A stretch of 64,000 bases of DNA from Nitrospinia bacterium (GCA_029261715.1 JAJDAT010000032.1:10575-74574), one strand, 5' to 3'; counted from the first letter of the stretch, positions 17,709 through 26,760 are shown. Notes: generated by a model not told the origin, from the letters alone. Numbers and translations are program-made.

Positions 17709-18887
17709 ATGGCGCCTTCTAATAAAAATCGCTTTTTTAACTCAAAAAAATTATTTGGAAGTGTAATTATCTTTTTGGGGTCTGTTCTTTTTTCAATCGT
17801 ACTGGTTGAATTTATTCTTGGATTTTTAAAAACAAGCGGAGGCAAATCTTTTCCTCAAACTCCAGAATTTTTAAAATTCTATAAAAACAATCCTCATCGC
17901 CTAATAAATGGAAATATCTTTTACGTTGCTCCGGCTAAAAAAGAATTTCGAAATTTTGGGTACAAATTTAGCACAAACAGTTGGGGGTTTAGGGAAAGAG
18001 AATTTACAGAAGAAAAAAAGAAAGACGTATTTAGAATTCTAGTTTTTGGAGATAGTTTTACTTTTGGCGTTGGTATCGATAACGATCACAGATACACCAA
18101 CGTATTAGAAGAAACGTTAAAGATTGAGAATATAAACTCTGAAGTATTAAACTTTGGAATGGGAGGATACTCCACAGATCAAGAGCATGATTTAATGAAA
18201 TTAGTATTAAAAACTGTTGAATGCGACCTAATCATAATTGGGTTTTGTTGCGACGATCTAAAAATGACCACAAAAAAAACGTTATTGGACTACACCAATA
18301 TAGGCAGAATCGAAAAAGATTATAAAAATAGTGAATTAAGCCAAAATAAAAAATTTGCTTTAAACCATCTCAGAAACTTTACAAATATTCCCCATAACGA
18401 ACCCAAAGAATTTCTAAACATTAAGAAATGGTATCAAAATACAAATCTATACAAATTTTTTGAGCTTAGAACCAACCTTAATATAGAAGGAATATTGCCA
18501 AATTCAGCTCGCTGGAAAAATTCTTTGAACGAGTTTAGAGGCATTAAAACATTAACTCAAAAATACAATCTACCTCCTCCCTTAGGCCTTCTTCTTCATT
18601 ATGGATCTGTAGACCCTAAAAAAAATAACTTCAATAATCCCAAAGGACAGCTCGCTCAAAATATCCATTTATATAAATTTGTTGGGAGGGAGCTAAAAAA
18701 AGAAGGTTTTCATATAGTGGATACTTTACCTCTATTTAAGAAATATAGCGGAATGACAATGGCCACTTCAGAATGGGAACACCATCCTAATTACCTGGGA
18801 CATTATATTTATGCAAAATCCATTAAGGACTACTTATTGGCTAACAATTTGATTCCAAATCGTTTTAAAAAAAATAAATCAAACTAA
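17709..18887 (+). CDS. Membrane-anchored SGNH/GDSL-like hydrolase
   Basis: Track ORF is 17658-18887. ATG 17709 (MAPSNKNRFF) is preferred because the upstream extension lies in the intergenic repeat. N-terminal TM helix, then FRILVFGDSFTFGVG (SGNH block I). Confidence 0.6.
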   Translation: MAPSNKNRFFNSKKLFGSVIIFLGSVLFSIVLVEFILGFLKTSGGKSFPQTPEFLKFYKNNPHRLINGNIFYVAPAKKEFRNFGYKFSTNSWGFREREFTEEKKKDVFRILVFGDSFTFGVGIDNDHRYTNVLEETLKIENINSEVLNFGMGGYSTDQEHDLMKLVLKTVECDLIIIGFCCDDLKMTTKKTLLDYTNIGRIEKDYKNSELSQNKKFALNHLRNFTNIPHNEPKEFLNIKKWYQNTNLYKFFELRTNLNIEGILPNSARWKNSLNEFRGIKTLTQKYNLPPPLGLLLHYGSVDPKKNNFNNPKGQLAQNIHLYKFVGRELKKEGFHIVDTLPLFKKYSGMTMATSEWEHHPNYLGHYIYAKSIKDYLLANNLIPNRFKKNKSN

Positions 18888-18896
18888 TTTTTTTAC

Positions 18897-19976
18897 GTGT
18901 CGCTAAAAAAAATAATCCTATTTTCAACTTTATTATTGTTTGTTCTCTTTTCTGATATTGCTCTAGTTTTTAGTTTTACTCAGCAAACGATAAAACATCC
19001 AATAATTTTCTCCAACATCCACAGCGATGACCGTATGCTGATAGTAATATCGGCTCCAACGGCAGATAATGAATATTACGCGAATGTGTACGACGATATA
19101 ATCGCATTTGATATTGCATACGCAAAAGCTGTTATGGGAAACGATAACATTATTATCTTGGGCGATAATAAGGCGCTGGAAAAACTCAAAAAAGAACTTC
19201 CGGAAGATATTTTATTACATGCTTCAATGCGCGATATATGGATGCGCGACTTTACTACAATCCACCCTTATAGACCGATTCAGTTTCGCTATTCCGCAGC
19301 GGCACAATCTGGAAACCAAGGAAACGCTGACTGGGTCCAAGACAGATTCAACACTTTTACAGAAAAAAACGGTATTGATTATCCATACACAGATCTAATT
19401 TTAGATGGCGGAAACGTGGTGGATAATCATAAAGGTAAAGTCGTGATTACAGACCGTTTTCTAATAGATAACAATTTAAATAAAAACCAAGCCAAACAAA
19501 TTCTCAATAAGACGCTTCATGCACAAGAAATCGCTATTATTCCCGCAGACGATCCTAAAGGTCTAGCTCATGCCGATGGCATGGTAATGTTTATCGATGA
19601 AAATACTCTTGTGTTAAATCAATATGAGGAACCATTCCGGACGGACATCATTCAAGAATTAAAAACATCCTTCCCGTCTATCACCATTATTGAAATAAAC
19701 GCAGAATGGAACGATTCAATTTGGGATAAAAAGTTTAGCTCTGCATGCGGTGTTTATGTCAATTCTCTAATGACTAAACGAAATATCTATTTGCCAACCT
19801 TTGGAAACAATTTAGACCATGCAATCCGTGAACAAATAATCCCTTACACGTCTAAAAAAATCATTTCTATACCCTCAGAACGAGTGTGTTTTATGGGAGG
19901 TAACGTTCGGTGTTTAGGTTGGCAACTTCATGGCAACCGAGCTAAAATTTTAATTGAAGCTGCGCGTAATCAATAA
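18897..19976 (+). CDS. Exported agmatine deiminase / Porphyromonas-type peptidylarginine deiminase family protein
   Basis: 359 aa with a GTG start and an N-terminal signal/TM segment. Motifs MRDFTT, LDGGNV, HADGMVMF and the catalytic-Cys region GGNVRCLGWQ. Confidence 0.7.
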   Translation: MSLKKIILFSTLLLFVLFSDIALVFSFTQQTIKHPIIFSNIHSDDRMLIVISAPTADNEYYANVYDDIIAFDIAYAKAVMGNDNIIILGDNKALEKLKKELPEDILLHASMRDIWMRDFTTIHPYRPIQFRYSAAAQSGNQGNADWVQDRFNTFTEKNGIDYPYTDLILDGGNVVDNHKGKVVITDRFLIDNNLNKNQAKQILNKTLHAQEIAIIPADDPKGLAHADGMVMFIDENTLVLNQYEEPFRTDIIQELKTSFPSITIIEINAEWNDSIWDKKFSSACGVYVNSLMTKRNIYLPTFGNNLDHAIREQIIPYTSKKIISIPSERVCFMGGNVRCLGWQLHGNRAKILIEAARNQ

Positions 19977-20228
19977 AACTTAAACATTCCAGCTCATCAA
20001 AGAAATTAAAAGAAGATTTTATTTTTAAATAGGAGTTGGTGGAGAAGCTAGAGAAACTAGAGGAATTTGAAGTTTACGATTTAGCGCTATGGAAACTATT
20101 ATGGTGCGGATCGCAGGAGACTCTGCAAATCAGCTTTTCAAGACATTAGAGGAATGGAACGCCATACTCAAGGACTCTTCCATTGATAGCACCTCTTCAA
20201 CATAACCCATAATATCACAACAAAAATC

Positions 20229-20266
20229 AGCCTTCGAAGGTTTTCCTTCGGAGGCTTTTCTTTTTT
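20229..20266 (+). terminator. Rho-independent terminator
   Basis: AGCCTTCGAAGG-TTTT-CCTTCGGAGGCT stem-loop followed by TTTCTTTTTT. Confidence 0.6.
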
Positions 20267-20295
20267 GAACTCACAAAATTTTTAACGCTTCCGTT

Positions 20296-20310
20296 TCCCG
20301 GATATCGGGA
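20296..20310. promoter_or_regulatory. Inverted repeat upstream of mobC (candidate oriT-associated hairpin)
   Basis: TCCCG-GATAT-CGGGA lies 30 nt upstream of mobC. oriT commonly sits upstream of mob genes, but I identified no nic-site consensus. Confidence 0.25.
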
Positions 20311-20340
20311 GATGAGGACGTATCCTATGGAACAGATAAA

Positions 20341-20793
20341 ATGAAAAATCCTACTAAAAATAAAACACCGCCATTTTCTTTGCGTTTAACGGAAGAAGAA
20401 CGGGCGCAACTGGATATTGATGCTGCTGGAATGTCTTTAGGGGCCTATATCCGCTCGCGCCTGTTTGATGCCTCCTTGCAGAAACGCAAAACGCGCGGGA
20501 AGTTTCCTGTTAAAGACCATATAGCTCTGGCAAAAATTCTCAGTGAGCTGGGACGCTCAAACATATCTGAAAATTTAAACCACCTCGCCAAGGCCGTGAA
20601 AACAGGTTCTCTCCCTGTCTCGCCCGAAACGGAACAGAAAATTTCCGATTGTTGCCGCGACATTAAACACATCCGCTTCATCTTGATTTCTGCCCTCGGT
20701 CTAACCCCGGAGAATGACTATGATACTGAAAGCCTCTCAACGCTCCGGGGCGTTGAGGCTGGCAAACCATTTGCTGAATACGGAAGACAATGA
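20341..20793 (+). CDS. mobC: MobC-like relaxosome accessory protein
   Basis: 150 aa. FSLRLTEEERAQLDIDAAGMSLGAYIRSRLF is typical of the MobC family. Directly precedes and overlaps the relaxase gene. Confidence 0.7.
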   Translation: MKNPTKNKTPPFSLRLTEEERAQLDIDAAGMSLGAYIRSRLFDASLQKRKTRGKFPVKDHIALAKILSELGRSNISENLNHLAKAVKTGSLPVSPETEQKISDCCRDIKHIRFILISALGLTPENDYDTESLSTLRGVEAGKPFAEYGRQ

Positions 20794-21913
20794 CCATGTG
20801 GAAGTTCACGAAATAAAGGGATTTTTGTCCGATACCGTGCATGGTGCTTTAAAAGAAATTGAGGCAGTTAGCCATGGAACACGCTGCAAACAATATTTAT
20901 TTTCCCTAAACTTAAGCCCTCCCGCACAAAAAATTGCTCCTGTGGAGTATTTCGAAAATGCGCTTTCAAAAATTGAAAAAGAATTGAATTTGGAAGGCCA
21001 ACCACGCGTGGTTGTATTTCACGAAAAGGGTGGGCGCAGACATGCACATTGTGTGTGGTCACGGATCAGGTCGAAAGAAATGAAGGCAATTAATTTGCCT
21101 TTTTATAAAAAAGCTTGCAAAAAAATTGGAAAGGAACTTTATTTAAAATATGGCTGGGAACCGCCCCCCGGCTTGATAGATAGTAAAAAAAGTTCCCCTC
21201 TAAACTTCACTCTTTCAGAGTGGCAACAATCCGAACGCATAAAGGAAAATCCGCAAACCCTCAAAGTCTTATTTCAGGATTGTTGGGCCATATCGGCCAA
21301 TAAAAACACCTTTGAGAAGGCTCTAAAAGACCAAGGTTTTATACTCGCACAAGGCAAGAAACGCGGTTTTGTCGCTGTGGATTATAGTGGAGAAATTTTT
21401 TCTTTAAGCCGCTGGTTGAACGTTAAAAGCAAAGATTTAAAAACCCGTCTGGGCGATCCCGAAGAATTGCCAAGTGTAGAAGAAGTTAAAGCCGATATTA
21501 CCGAACGGAATAATAAAAAACCCAAAGAAATTATTCGGCAAACTGAAATCAAAGCAGGAAAGGAAAAAGAACTTTTAATCCGCAAAAGACAAGCTCTTCG
21601 AAACCTTCACCATAAACAAAGAAAGGTTTTGAAAGAACGACAGGAAAACCGATGGAAGTATGAAGAAATTTTCCGTTCCGAGCGATTACCAACGGGACTA
21701 AAAGCTGTCTGGTACCGGATCACAGGTCAGTACCAGAAAATCCGAAAACAAAATGAACGTGAAACGAAAGTATGCCGCATACGAGATAGAGGCGAAAAAC
21801 AAACTCTTGTCAATCATCAGCTAGAAAAATGGTTGCAATTACAAACCTTTATAGAAGATTTTGAAGGATACTATAATGAACCACTCTCCACCGAAAGTAT
21901 TAGGGTATTATGA
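20720..21913 (+). CDS. MobA/VirD2-family relaxase (mobilization nuclease)
   Basis: The N-terminus MILKASQRSGALRLANHLLNTEDNDHVEVHEIKGF...GTRCKQYLFSLNLSP and the histidine motif RRHAHCVWSRI match the relaxase/mobilization nuclease domain. Track start is 20714; ATG 20720 fits the family N-terminus. Confidence 0.8.
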   Translation: MILKASQRSGALRLANHLLNTEDNDHVEVHEIKGFLSDTVHGALKEIEAVSHGTRCKQYLFSLNLSPPAQKIAPVEYFENALSKIEKELNLEGQPRVVVFHEKGGRRHAHCVWSRIRSKEMKAINLPFYKKACKKIGKELYLKYGWEPPPGLIDSKKSSPLNFTLSEWQQSERIKENPQTLKVLFQDCWAISANKNTFEKALKDQGFILAQGKKRGFVAVDYSGEIFSLSRWLNVKSKDLKTRLGDPEELPSVEEVKADITERNNKKPKEIIRQTEIKAGKEKELLIRKRQALRNLHHKQRKVLKERQENRWKYEEIFRSERLPTGLKAVWYRITGQYQKIRKQNERETKVCRIRDRGEKQTLVNHQLEKWLQLQTFIEDFEGYYNEPLSTESIRVL

Positions 21914-22112
21914 GTCGGCGAATAACTTCCCAAGGAGCGGGGAATTTGTATCTTGAGAGATTAAAAACTAGGATTTAAACAGGATAAGGCATATAATATG
22001 GATACAAACTGTAAATCTTAAAACTAAATATAAATGGGCTATTTAGCCTCTGAGGGCTGTTGATTCTTTAAATTGACAGTGCCTATAAATTTGGTATAAT
22101 TATTCTCACTTT

Positions 22113-23015
22113 TTGAATGCGAAAAATTTATCAAATTCTCTTGAGGCCACAGTGCCAGTTAATTTTATTCCCAAAAATGATCGTCGGTTGAAAGTAAGAA
22201 GAGTAAATAATGAAGGTTCTTCTAATGATCAAAGGCTCTCAGACCGAAGAGACCTTAATAATGAAAAGTTTGCTAAATTAAAAAGTGGGTTAAATATCAA
22301 TGGGATTAATTTAATACCTTACTTTAATGAAATTCCACAATCTGCTCAGTCTATATATGAAAAGGATTGGCAATTTCATTGTGAAAGCTTACTCTCAGCT
22401 AGTGTTGCTGATACCCAACGGGAGGGTGATAACGTTCTACAGCAACCGCTAAAGCGTTTCTGGAAAATGAAATTTGACGAAAGCGCGTTATTAAGTGGGC
22501 ATAGCTCATTTGAATTAAAAAGTGCTAGCTCCAAGATTTTTGTATTAGCTAAATCCGAAAAAACTAAAGAACCGGTTGGTATTATGAATCTCGGCCTCAA
22601 CAAAGAGTGGAGCAGATTATCTAAAGATAATAATGAAAATAGAAATCCTGCACTTTTACTTGAATTAGTTGAATCAAACCCAATGTTAAGCTATTTTTCT
22701 CGGTCACTACCTCAAATTGGAAAATTTAAGCCAATTGAACCTTTTGTTAAAAGTAGTATTGGAACAACTTTATTAAGTTACGCTATATTTCTGAGCTTTC
22801 GACTCGGTTACTTTGGGCGAGTTATTCTTTTTCCGTTAAGAGCAAATGAGATTGATGATTCATCCTTTCAATCGCCCTTAATTCCACAAAGCTATGTAAA
22901 TAAACTGTTGTCTTTTTATAAAAAATTTGGTTTTATTGAGGTCGACGATAATATTTTCGAAATTCCTGAAAAGAATTCCCTAGACCACGTGCTTAACTTA
23001 GCTTACTTTAATTAA
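22113..23015 (+). CDS. Hypothetical protein with a GNAT-like C-terminal region
   Basis: 300 aa with a TTG start. The C-terminus TTLLSYAIFLSFRLGYFGRVILFPL...LLSFYKKFGFIEV resembles an acetyltransferase core. AT-rich cargo. Confidence 0.4.
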   Translation: MNAKNLSNSLEATVPVNFIPKNDRRLKVRRVNNEGSSNDQRLSDRRDLNNEKFAKLKSGLNINGINLIPYFNEIPQSAQSIYEKDWQFHCESLLSASVADTQREGDNVLQQPLKRFWKMKFDESALLSGHSSFELKSASSKIFVLAKSEKTKEPVGIMNLGLNKEWSRLSKDNNENRNPALLLELVESNPMLSYFSRSLPQIGKFKPIEPFVKSSIGTTLLSYAIFLSFRLGYFGRVILFPLRANEIDDSSFQSPLIPQSYVNKLLSFYKKFGFIEVDDNIFEIPEKNSLDHVLNLAYFN

Positions 23016-23039
23016 GTTTTATAGAGAATAAACATTACG

Positions 23040-23510
23040 ATGCCAAAGAACAAAGTACAATTCTATCCAGGAGAAACCACCTCTTTAAATAACTTTTTAG
23101 GGCAAGCTTTAGAATATATTCGTGTTAAAGAAAATATAGACAAGAACATTTTGGCAAAAAAGCTTCATCTAAAACACGAAGATTTAGATATAGTTTTTTA
23201 TAAGCATACCAACGAACACCCTAAAGCCCCTGAGGCGGTACAAGAAAAAGTCATAGCTTTCATTGCTAAATACAAAAATAAAGAGGGCACAATAAATTTA
23301 GAGGGTAAAAAAGATTGCATAGAGCAAATATGCAAAAATAAAAAGAACATCGGTTGTGAGATCCCTAAAGAACTTTTAAAAGAAACTTTTCAAAAATTTC
23401 AGCATGATGAAAATTCTAAAACGGCTGTAGAAGAAACCTTAAAAGAAATAACCACCAGTTCTCGCTGCAGAGTGATTAGTAATTGTGATCTAGAGCCATC
23501 CATCGATTAA
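23040..23510 (+). CDS. Hypothetical protein with a possible N-terminal HTH
   Basis: 156 aa. LGQALEYIRVKENIDKNILAKKLHLKHEDL is Xre-like. Confidence 0.4.
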   Translation: MPKNKVQFYPGETTSLNNFLGQALEYIRVKENIDKNILAKKLHLKHEDLDIVFYKHTNEHPKAPEAVQEKVIAFIAKYKNKEGTINLEGKKDCIEQICKNKKNIGCEIPKELLKETFQKFQHDENSKTAVEETLKEITTSSRCRVISNCDLEPSID

Positions 23511-23530
23511 TTAATTTGTACCCTCCTAAG

Positions 23531-24661
23531 TCAAACCAAAATCTTTAAAACGCTTTTATAGTTTTTTATTCCTTCAAAAATTTCGGCATCAAAAGTTCCA
23601 ATTTCTTTGAATTTAAATTTTTTATGCAACTTTAAAGATGGGATATTGTTAAAAGGGGCAATAGTTATAAATGAAGAAAAAGTACTTCCTTTATAAAATG
23701 CAAAAAGCTCTTTGAATACTTCTTCGCCAACTCCTCTCCTTTCAAATTTTTTTCTTAATACCAAGCATCCAATATACCAATGATTTGAATTATCTAATAA
23801 ATCTGGTTTTTCTGTTTTCCACTTAGTTTTTTCTAAAACGTTTGCATCTATTTTCTTTGCTAACTTTATAAAAGCTATAATGTTATCTTGGTAAATAGCT
23901 TTAAAAAACTTATTGTTTTCATTTAGATATTCAGCTTTTAAATTTTGTAGAGTTGTTCCTTTTAAAAGAAATCCATTTTTTATATTACCTTCTAGATTAG
24001 TTAGAGCTTGTTGGTTATGAATTACCACTAACTCTTCTAAATCATCAGCTTCCACTTCTTTAAAAGAAATCCCCCTTATTCTTCTAATATCAACAAAACA
24101 AAACCTGCGAACAAATAAATAAGCAAAAATCAAAACCAAAATTTGCCAAAGTTCGGCAAAAATAGGGGAAGAGAAAATAGGGGATTGGTATAGTATTTCA
24201 AAAAAAAATTTTATTGAATCTTTTTCCTCTAAGACTTGCCATAAAATTGGACCAAACAAAACTGCAACAAAAAAGTAAACAGCAATAGCTGATACTTTTT
24301 CAAAAAGCCAAAAAAACCTTCTCTTATGACAGCGGCCTTTTTCCTTTCGATAATCCCAGCTATGATTAATTACCCAGAGCAAGTCACAGACACCTAGGTA
24401 AAAAAAGAACCAGGGTAACAATTCTAAATCTTTATAATGAGCAAGTAAAAAAGTCAGATTTAGTATAATCAAAAGATCAAAAACCAATTCAGAAAATGTT
24501 GGAGTAATTACTTCCTCAACCCCTTCGGCCCAATTCCACCAATAGTCAACTACGACTCCAACAACAAATAAACTCGATAAAATCTCCTTGTAATCTGTAA
24601 GCTTTAACTCATTTTCAAAAATTACTTTTCCAATTCCTAAAGCTAATAGGATTACATACAT
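23531..24661 (-). CDS. Polytopic membrane domain fused to a GNAT acetyltransferase domain
   Basis: 376 aa. About 190 aa of hydrophobic helices, then a GNAT core (WYIGCLVLRKKFERRGVGEEVFKELFAF...LHKKFKFKEIG). Confidence 0.55.
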   Translation of the reverse strand: MYVILLALGIGKVIFENELKLTDYKEILSSLFVVGVVVDYWWNWAEGVEEVITPTFSELVFDLLIILNLTFLLAHYKDLELLPWFFFYLGVCDLLWVINHSWDYRKEKGRCHKRRFFWLFEKVSAIAVYFFVAVLFGPILWQVLEEKDSIKFFFEILYQSPIFSSPIFAELWQILVLIFAYLFVRRFCFVDIRRIRGISFKEVEADDLEELVVIHNQQALTNLEGNIKNGFLLKGTTLQNLKAEYLNENNKFFKAIYQDNIIAFIKLAKKIDANVLEKTKWKTEKPDLLDNSNHWYIGCLVLRKKFERRGVGEEVFKELFAFYKGSTFSSFITIAPFNNIPSLKLHKKFKFKEIGTFDAEIFEGIKNYKSVLKILV

Positions 24662-24899
24662 TTCAGTTACAAAACGAGGGATAAAACTAATTTCTCTTTT
24701 TTCGCCTAGTACAGAAATAATGAATCCCTCCTAATTAATGTTTTGCTTTTGAAAAAGAAAAACCTATAAATAAGTATAATAAAGTTATTATGAATATCCT
24801 TATTATACTTGATTTTTTTGGCTATGGAATTTCAGAAATAAATATATTTCTTTACAAAAAACTCATAACAGATTGCTCCTATAGCCCTGCTGCTGCTCT

Positions 24900-25540
24900 A
24901 AGTTAGCAAGAAAAAAGAAGCTTCGTATACTCAAATTCCTTTGGAAGACAGGAAGAGAGACATTCCTTCGGAGCCGACACTTTCAGAATATCGGCGGGGG
25001 AAAGCGACAGGCAAAAATGCTTTTGAGCAGGACCGGAGCCACGCGCAGTTTTTGAAAAAAACGAGCATGGCGAGGACCCGCTTTTTGCCGACAGCGCGCC
25101 CGTTGATATAATCAAGTCGGTTAAAGAGGAAAAAATAAAACATACCGGGTCCAGCGTTACGCTGGCCGTGATCCAACGGCGGGACGTTTGGTCGAAGGGT
25201 CGCGGGGGTAATGAAATACCCCTGTGCTGAAGGGGTGGGGGGAAACAGAGTTTCCCCACTCGTGATGAAACGGCGAAACGTTTCACTGGCGTGTTTGGCT
25301 CGATGCCAAAATGCGCCACAGCCCAGAGGGATACAACGGGAGAGCGGCAGCGTCTCCCTTGTCAAGATCGTGGTGTAGTACACCACACATCTTGCGGTCA
25401 GTCTTAAGTCTTTAGTATTTTCATATCTACATTAGACCGGATTACTGGTTCATTAATGCGTCACGTGAACCGTATGTGATACGCCATTGTTTCCACGTAA
25501 AAATATTAATGTTTCAGTTCAAAACATTAAGCGCGGTTTA
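24900..25540. other. ORF-poor, G+C-rich, hairpin-dense segment (structured RNA, origin-like region or decayed gene)
   Basis: No credible ORF. Many perfect short hairpins, for example CCAGCG-TTA-CGCTGG, GGGGAAAC-AGA-GTTTCCCC, TGAAACG-GCGAAA-CGTTTCA, GGGAGA-N9-TCTCCC and TTAATGTTT-N7-AAACATTAA. Confidence 0.3.
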
Positions 25541-25653
25541 ATTTTTCATTTTGGACGCAAAGCAAAATCACTTCACGATAGTTTTGAAATAAAGCCAACG
25601 CCCTGACTTTGCCAAATTTGCGCAATGATTCCGGTTTCTGATACGGTGGGAAC

Positions 25654-25950
25654 ATGGACAAAGAAACCGACCCTGCCAACCAGAATATTTCCTTTACGCA
25701 GATGACGCGCAATCCTCAGCGTGAGCTGGCCAATCATATTTTAGCCGTTACGTTGGAAGAACTGGAAGCGGAAGGCGTACATCACCAATTACTGGCCGAA
25801 GTGCTTTTTGATTTTACGATGATAGAAATGGAGCCGGATTCTCCGGTTACAACAGAAACGGGTATGACTTGGATGTCTCAACTTCACCGCTTTCGAGATC
25901 GGCTGCAATCGCAAATTGATGATATAAAGGCTGTGTACAGCGAAGTTTAA
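25654..25950 (+). CDS. Hypothetical acidic protein
   Basis: 98-aa ORF with no recognised family. Confidence 0.4.
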   Translation: MDKETDPANQNISFTQMTRNPQRELANHILAVTLEELEAEGVHHQLLAEVLFDFTMIEMEPDSPVTTETGMTWMSQLHRFRDRLQSQIDDIKAVYSEV

Positions 25951-25973
25951 AATTAAAACCGGAGAAAACATTT

Positions 25974-26129
25974 ATGAGCGATCCAGCTAAAAACAACCAT
26001 AAGAAAATGGAAAGTAAAGAGCAGGAAGCCAAGCTACAAAACTTAAAAAACCATATTGATGAAGCTATTGACCGTGGCGGTTCTCACAGTGATGAGGAAA
26101 TAGCGGAGCTTCTCGAACCCCATAAATAG
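25974..26129 (+). CDS. Small hypothetical protein
   Basis: 51-aa ORF not in the track (MSDPAKNNHKKMESKEQEAKLQNLKNHIDEAIDRGGSHSDEEIAELLEPHK). GGAGA lies 9 nt upstream of the ATG. Confidence 0.3.
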   Translation: MSDPAKNNHKKMESKEQEAKLQNLKNHIDEAIDRGGSHSDEEIAELLEPHK

Positions 26130-26162
26130 AAAGTTTTTTGATTAAGCCGGACTGCCAGACAT

Positions 26163-26453
26163 TCAAAAATGCTGTTTATGGTCCATGCTTTTGTGAAGGA
26201 TATGGGCAACAAAGATTCCCGGTGTTCTGATGACATAGAAAATCGTATGGCTGGCATATTCATATCTAAACATGCCTTCTTCAATCTCATTGGCCATGCG
26301 GCCTTGTAAAGAATGATTAGCAAGACTTTCTAAACACCGCTCAAGGTCTTGAAAATACTTATCCGCTTGATTCTCTCCAAAAGTCTTATACGAATATCGG
26401 TAAATATTCGCTAAATCCTGATCGGCCTTTTGGGATAATTCATAACTCGCCAT
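26163..26453 (-). CDS. parE: Type II toxin ParE/RelE family
   Basis: 96 aa. YELSQKADQDLANIYRYSYKTFGENQADKY...SHTIFYV...ILHKSMD is typical of ParE. Overlaps the upstream antitoxin gene. Confidence 0.8.
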   Translation of the reverse strand: MASYELSQKADQDLANIYRYSYKTFGENQADKYFQDLERCLESLANHSLQGRMANEIEEGMFRYEYASHTIFYVIRTPGIFVAHILHKSMDHKQHF

Positions 26454-26679
26454 TTTTAATCTTGGCTTTTGTGTCTTTTACGATGTCCTGAACCGTCCGA
26501 GGGCTGGTCCCACTGTGTAAGCCTTCTAATACGGCGGCCTTCAAACTTTCGCGCTTTCTTTGGTCCATACGGATCAGATCACGAATATAATCGCTTGCGT
26601 TAGCAAACTCACCGCCCTTAACCTGCATATCAACCCATTGCCGGATGGAATCAGGTAAGGAAACATTCAAACTAGGCAT
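26440..26679 (-). CDS. parD: Type II antitoxin ParD (ribbon-helix-helix)
   Basis: MPSLNVSLPDSIRQWVDMQVKGGEFANASDYIRDLIRMDQ is a ParD/CopG-like N-terminus. The internal ATG at 26679 is preferred over the track start at 26712. Confidence 0.75.
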   Translation of the reverse strand: MPSLNVSLPDSIRQWVDMQVKGGEFANASDYIRDLIRMDQRKRESLKAAVLEGLHSGTSPRTVQDIVKDTKAKIKNGEL

Positions 26680-26760
26680 ATCAAAATCTCCAAAAACAAC
26701 AATATATGCCATTATATGCCAATATTCGCATCTTGTGCAAGTTAAGGCGCTCTCTTTTGG

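Noticed and set aside
20098-20125. A candidate attL: ATGGTGCGGATCGCAGGAGACTC resembles the tRNA-Leu 3' end (ATGGTGCCGAAGAGAGGACTC).
   Set aside because: - Only about 16 scattered matches, and the alignment needs an indel.
- The reverse complement does not fold like a tRNA 3' fragment.
- It is too weak to define the island's left end.
20037-20207. Short ORFs at the island's left edge (VEKLEKLEEFEVYDLALWKLL... and METIMVRIAGDSANQLFKTLEEWNAILK...), possibly remnants of a four-helix-bundle (23S rRNA IVS-type) gene.
   Set aside because: The fragments are too short and frame-broken to support any assignment. I note them only as likely gene remnants.
24903-25386. Two overlapping minus-strand ORFs (138 and 151 aa) in the G+C-rich segment.
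   Set aside because: - They overlap each other in different frames and have implausible amino-acid composition.
- Long open frames are expected by chance in locally G+C-rich DNA.
- I treated the region as non-coding or decayed instead.
25440-25500. A possible group II intron domain V (segment ...ACATACGGTTCACGTGACGC... on the minus strand).
   Set aside because: - Only a partial resemblance to the domain V 3' strand.
- No complementary 5' strand, GNRA-capped helix, GUGYG 5' end or intron-encoded protein was found.
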